Shown: positions 60,686 to 64,000 of the stretch, one piece after another
Layout: every line of letters begins with the position of its first letter
Numbering within the stretch: position 1 is the stretch's first letter
Source of the DNA: Piromyces finnis finn
Lineage: Eukaryota; Fungi; Neocallimastigomycota
Assembly: GCA_002104945.1 (NCBI GenBank)
Contig: MCFH01000005.1
Span: 1,302,001 to 1,366,000, forward strand
Direction of reading: 5' to 3'
DNA length: 64,000 nt
The notes under the pieces: generated by a model
Told to the model about the DNA's origin: nothing
Database searches by the model: none
The model's input: the letters and a program-made list of their open reading frames with translations, nothing else
Translations under genes and position numbers: made by a program

Positions 60686-62455
60686 TTAGTGATGAAGTTT
60701 AACACGACATTTACGAATGGTCTTCTTTGGCTTTTTAGTAGCTGGATTTTTAGTTACTGGAATGGTTTGTCTCATTACTGTAACAGTTTTAGTAATATGT
60801 CTAATGGTGGTTGAATTGATTTCTTCTTTAATTTCATCATCATTTTCATCTAATTCAGTGGATTTTTCATCCTCAATAATTTCTTCATTAACATTTTCAT
60901 CAATATTTTCATCATTATTTTCATCAATATTTTCATCAGCTGAATCAATTTCTTCAACTTCTTCAACTTCAACTGGTGTTACTTCTGCTTCTTCTTCATC
61001 TGAACTTAATGAAGGTTCTTCTTTTGTATTTTCTTCTTCATCTTTAACTTCAGTTACTTCTTCTTCAATAATAGTAGTTGGTTCAATAACACAAACACCT
61101 TCTTCATTGGAAATAAATCCTTTACTACAAACACATTTACCATCAATTAATGTACTTCCTTCCTTACATTTGGTGCATGTCTTTCCATCAAGACAACTAG
61201 CACAGTTTACTGGACATGCTGAACATCTACATTTATCACCAATAAATGTTCCTTCACCACAACTCATATTAACGGTGAAACGGGCAATACCACTGGATTC
61301 TGCTGCTTTGAATTCCTTGTATGAAACTGATTCACTTTCGCATTTTGGTAAGCTACCACGATTGTAGTTTTCAATGTTGATTGAATATTGACTGAATTTG
61401 GCGGTAATGTTATTAACATTCACACTCCATTCTGCCTTTTCTTTTTGATCAACAATAACGTCTAAACAGTTATCGACAAATTCCTTTTGGAATTCTTCGT
61501 AACCCAACTTTCTGTTGGATGAAATAGTGCAGATGACTTGATCCTTATTTTGTTCACTACAACCATCTTGATAAATCTCGATTAAATATTTTTGATTGAC
61601 AAGAATACCATCCATGTGTCCATTTTCGGATCCTTCTCTCTTGATAACATATCCCTCATAGTAATCACCGAAAAGTTCATCCATTTGTTCATAGTCAATG
61701 TAGGAACTCTTAGCAGCTTTGTAGAAAGCTGTGTTATCACATTTTTCACCATTGATGTTGTCGGTAGAAAGATACCAGATCCAGTGATTACCACCAGTTT
61801 GTTCTCTACGATTGTAATCAATGTAAATACGACATTGTTCTCTGACACGATCTAAACCAGTATTCATATCCCAATGGATCATATCGTATGGAACATTGTT
61901 TGAAGAAGGACCGAATTCGGCAATATCGAATGCATGGTTGATGTCAAGTGGTGAAACGTTAGAGTAGTACAAGTAGGTAGCCATGAGGGCTTCTGTTTTG
62001 TAGACTTGTTTAATAGAAAGTCCATCACAAGATTTTAAATTCTTGATGAGTAAAGAGAATTTTCCATCAACAACAGAAGCAACCGAAAAATCCTTGATTT
62101 CAACATTATTTTGTTTAATTTTAACATAATCCTTAATTTCACCATCTGTAAAACGATAGCCAGTTTTGTAATTGTTGAGACCTTCATTACCATTTTTTAA
62201 TTCACCAATTCTTAAATTGAAAGAACCGTCATTGTTACTTTCTTTCTTTACAGAAATGTTAACAATATCATTTTTAATACCGAAATTGGCAAAGTTTATG
62301 AAGCATTGATCTTCTTTTCTTAAAACACCATCTTTAGTGTATTCAAGAGATACATTCTTGGCAGCGTTTTCGTTGATTAAAGGAGAATCAGCATTTACAA
62401 AACAAACACTGGATAAAGAAAGTAAAGCAACAAACTTTAAAATATTCTTGAACAT
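60686..62455 (-). CDS. Secreted protein of unknown function with furin-like/VSP-like Cys-rich segment, acidic low-complexity region and basic C-terminal tail
   Basis: 589-aa intronless ORF. Signal peptide MFKNILKFVALLSLSSVCFVNA; CRCSACPVNCASCLDGKTCTKCKEGSTLIDGKCVCSKGF; an E/D-rich region of ~100 aa; tail TKKPKKTIRKCRVKLHH. Confidence 0.8.
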   Translation of the reverse strand: MFKNILKFVALLSLSSVCFVNADSPLINENAAKNVSLEYTKDGVLRKEDQCFINFANFGIKNDIVNISVKKESNNDGSFNLRIGELKNGNEGLNNYKTGYRFTDGEIKDYVKIKQNNVEIKDFSVASVVDGKFSLLIKNLKSCDGLSIKQVYKTEALMATYLYYSNVSPLDINHAFDIAEFGPSSNNVPYDMIHWDMNTGLDRVREQCRIYIDYNRREQTGGNHWIWYLSTDNINGEKCDNTAFYKAAKSSYIDYEQMDELFGDYYEGYVIKREGSENGHMDGILVNQKYLIEIYQDGCSEQNKDQVICTISSNRKLGYEEFQKEFVDNCLDVIVDQKEKAEWSVNVNNITAKFSQYSINIENYNRGSLPKCESESVSYKEFKAAESSGIARFTVNMSCGEGTFIGDKCRCSACPVNCASCLDGKTCTKCKEGSTLIDGKCVCSKGFISNEEGVCVIEPTTIIEEEVTEVKDEEENTKEEPSLSSDEEEAEVTPVEVEEVEEIDSADENIDENNDENIDENVNEEIIEDEKSTELDENDDEIKEEINSTTIRHITKTVTVMRQTIPVTKNPATKKPKKTIRKCRVKLHH

Positions 62456-64000
62456 TTTATATATTTTTGATATATTTACGATATATTTACGATATATTTA
62501 TGCTATATTTATTATTGCTTAAAAGAGGTTTAAAAATTTAATTTATATTACACAAGATATTAAAAGATATTACAAGTAGTACAAGATATTACAAGTAAGT
62601 AGTACTTTATATATTTTTTGATTATATATTAAAAAATATTAATATATTACAATATAACTTTTAAAGTCAATAACATCTAAAAATTATTATTATTTTATAT
62701 TATTATTATATAATATTTAATAATATATGATATTATTAGTTAAATTATTAGTTAAAGAAATTAATAATTAATATCTTTATTCATTCCTACCTAAATATAG
62801 ATGATGAAATATTAAGTGATTAATTAATAAAAATATTAATTATAATAATATTTTTAAATACTCTTAAAAGTTTTTAAATACTCTTAAAAGGTAGTTTGAA
62901 ATTAATGATTATTAAAATAATGATTTTATGATGAAGGGAAATAAAGATCCTTTTATATTTTAAAATTAAATAACTTTAAAATATAATTTTTATTTCCACT
63001 TTAATCAACCTGTATAATATTTATATTCGTAATATTCTTTTTATTTTTAAAAATTAAAAAAATTAATTTCTTTACTATTATTATTTATTATTTAATAACG
63101 TTATTTAATATTTCATAATTAATATTTTTATAAATGTTAAATTAAATATGGGAAAATTTCCTTTATTTTATTAATTATATTTCTTTTTTTTTTTTATTAT
63201 TTTCATAAATTAAAATATTATTAAATTTTAAATTTAATTTTTATATTGCAGAAAACCCATATTTTTTAAAACATTATTTATTATTAAAATATAAATTTTT
63301 TTATTTTTTTATATTAAATATTTATTTAATATTTATTCAAGGAAAATTATTTAAATTAAAATTAATAAAAATAATAAAAAATATAATTTTTAATATAAAA
63401 TTTAATTTAATATTTAAATTTAATTGTTTAACATTAAAAATTAATTTAATATAAAAATCTAATTTTTAAATTAAACATAAATATTATTATTTAATAAAGT
63501 TTTTATTTTAATATTTAATAAATGTAATATGTTATTTATTTAATTATATTAAAAAAGGATAAGGTGAAAAATAAAAAGTTGTATTATTTTATTTTCACCT
63601 TATCTTTTTTTAATATAACTATAATGAAATATTGAAATATTACTAGTAATGTTTTAAATTTTATTATTTATATTATGTTTTAATCATTTTCTTATTATTA
63701 TGTGATTATGTATATTAAATATTCATTAGAATATTAAGTAAAGTATGAAAATATTTGTTATAATAAAGAAAATTGATTTATATATTTATATATATGAAAA
63801 ATTAAATTATATAAATTATTGTTTAAGAATCTATTAAACAAGATAAATAGTTTTTTTTTCTATAATAATTTACTTGTATTTTTAAATAATATATGATCAT
63901 ATTTCTTAATTTTTTTTGATAGGTTTGAATAAAAAAATAATTAATCATAACAGTAAGAATAAATCAGTCTTTTTTTTACTATGGATAGAAAAAAATTTTT

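Noticed and set aside
60717-61855. Long plus-strand Ser-rich ORFs (216 aa, 87 aa) and other overlapping ORFs within the GH5, GH9, K+ channel and BspA genes
   Set aside because: They are antisense or alternate-frame shadows produced by biased codon usage and low-complexity acidic sequence; they have no independent features.

Overview
Extremely AT-rich, intron-containing eukaryotic DNA, almost certainly from an anaerobic gut fungus (Neocallimastigomycota). The evidence is fungal dockerin/CBM10 and CBM1 modules, a Cel9A-like GH9, a GH5 endoglucanase, and class-C-like 7TM receptors with non-canonical ectodomains. Gene order: a Cys-rich secreted/GPI-like protein (361-1158); a beta-helix/EGF/7TM receptor (minus, 1597-7542); a short poly(A)-tailed retroposon with a perfect 13-bp target-site duplication (8153-8353); an intronless bacterial-type 6TM K+ channel; GH5 with 2 dockerin-like repeats and CBM1; a solute-binding-protein/7TM receptor; then the dominant feature, which the ORF track misses almost entirely. 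That feature is a ~22-kb tandem array (22.7-44.4 kb) of four paralogous genes for secreted leucine-rich-repeat proteins. Every LRR sits on its own 66-93 nt exon and all introns are phase 2. Manual splicing gives copy 1 and copy 2 as 22 exons/665 aa, copy 3 as a truncated pseudogene, and copy 4 as 31 exons/~857 aa. The copies differ by whole-exon gain, mosaic near-identity tracts and substitutions concentrated at exon starts, and the three full-length copies share an upstream TGATAAGGC motif. This is a candidate diversifying recognition system. After the array come a GH9 cellulase whose frame needs a 2-nt micro-exon, a secreted BspA-LRR/pseudo-transglutaminase, a zone of gene fragments (MFS sugar symporter, ankyrin, Cys-rich) and an unannotated secreted Cys-rich/acidic protein. 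No rRNA, tRNA or CRISPR was recognised. All splicing and coordinates were worked out by hand; no database searches were run.
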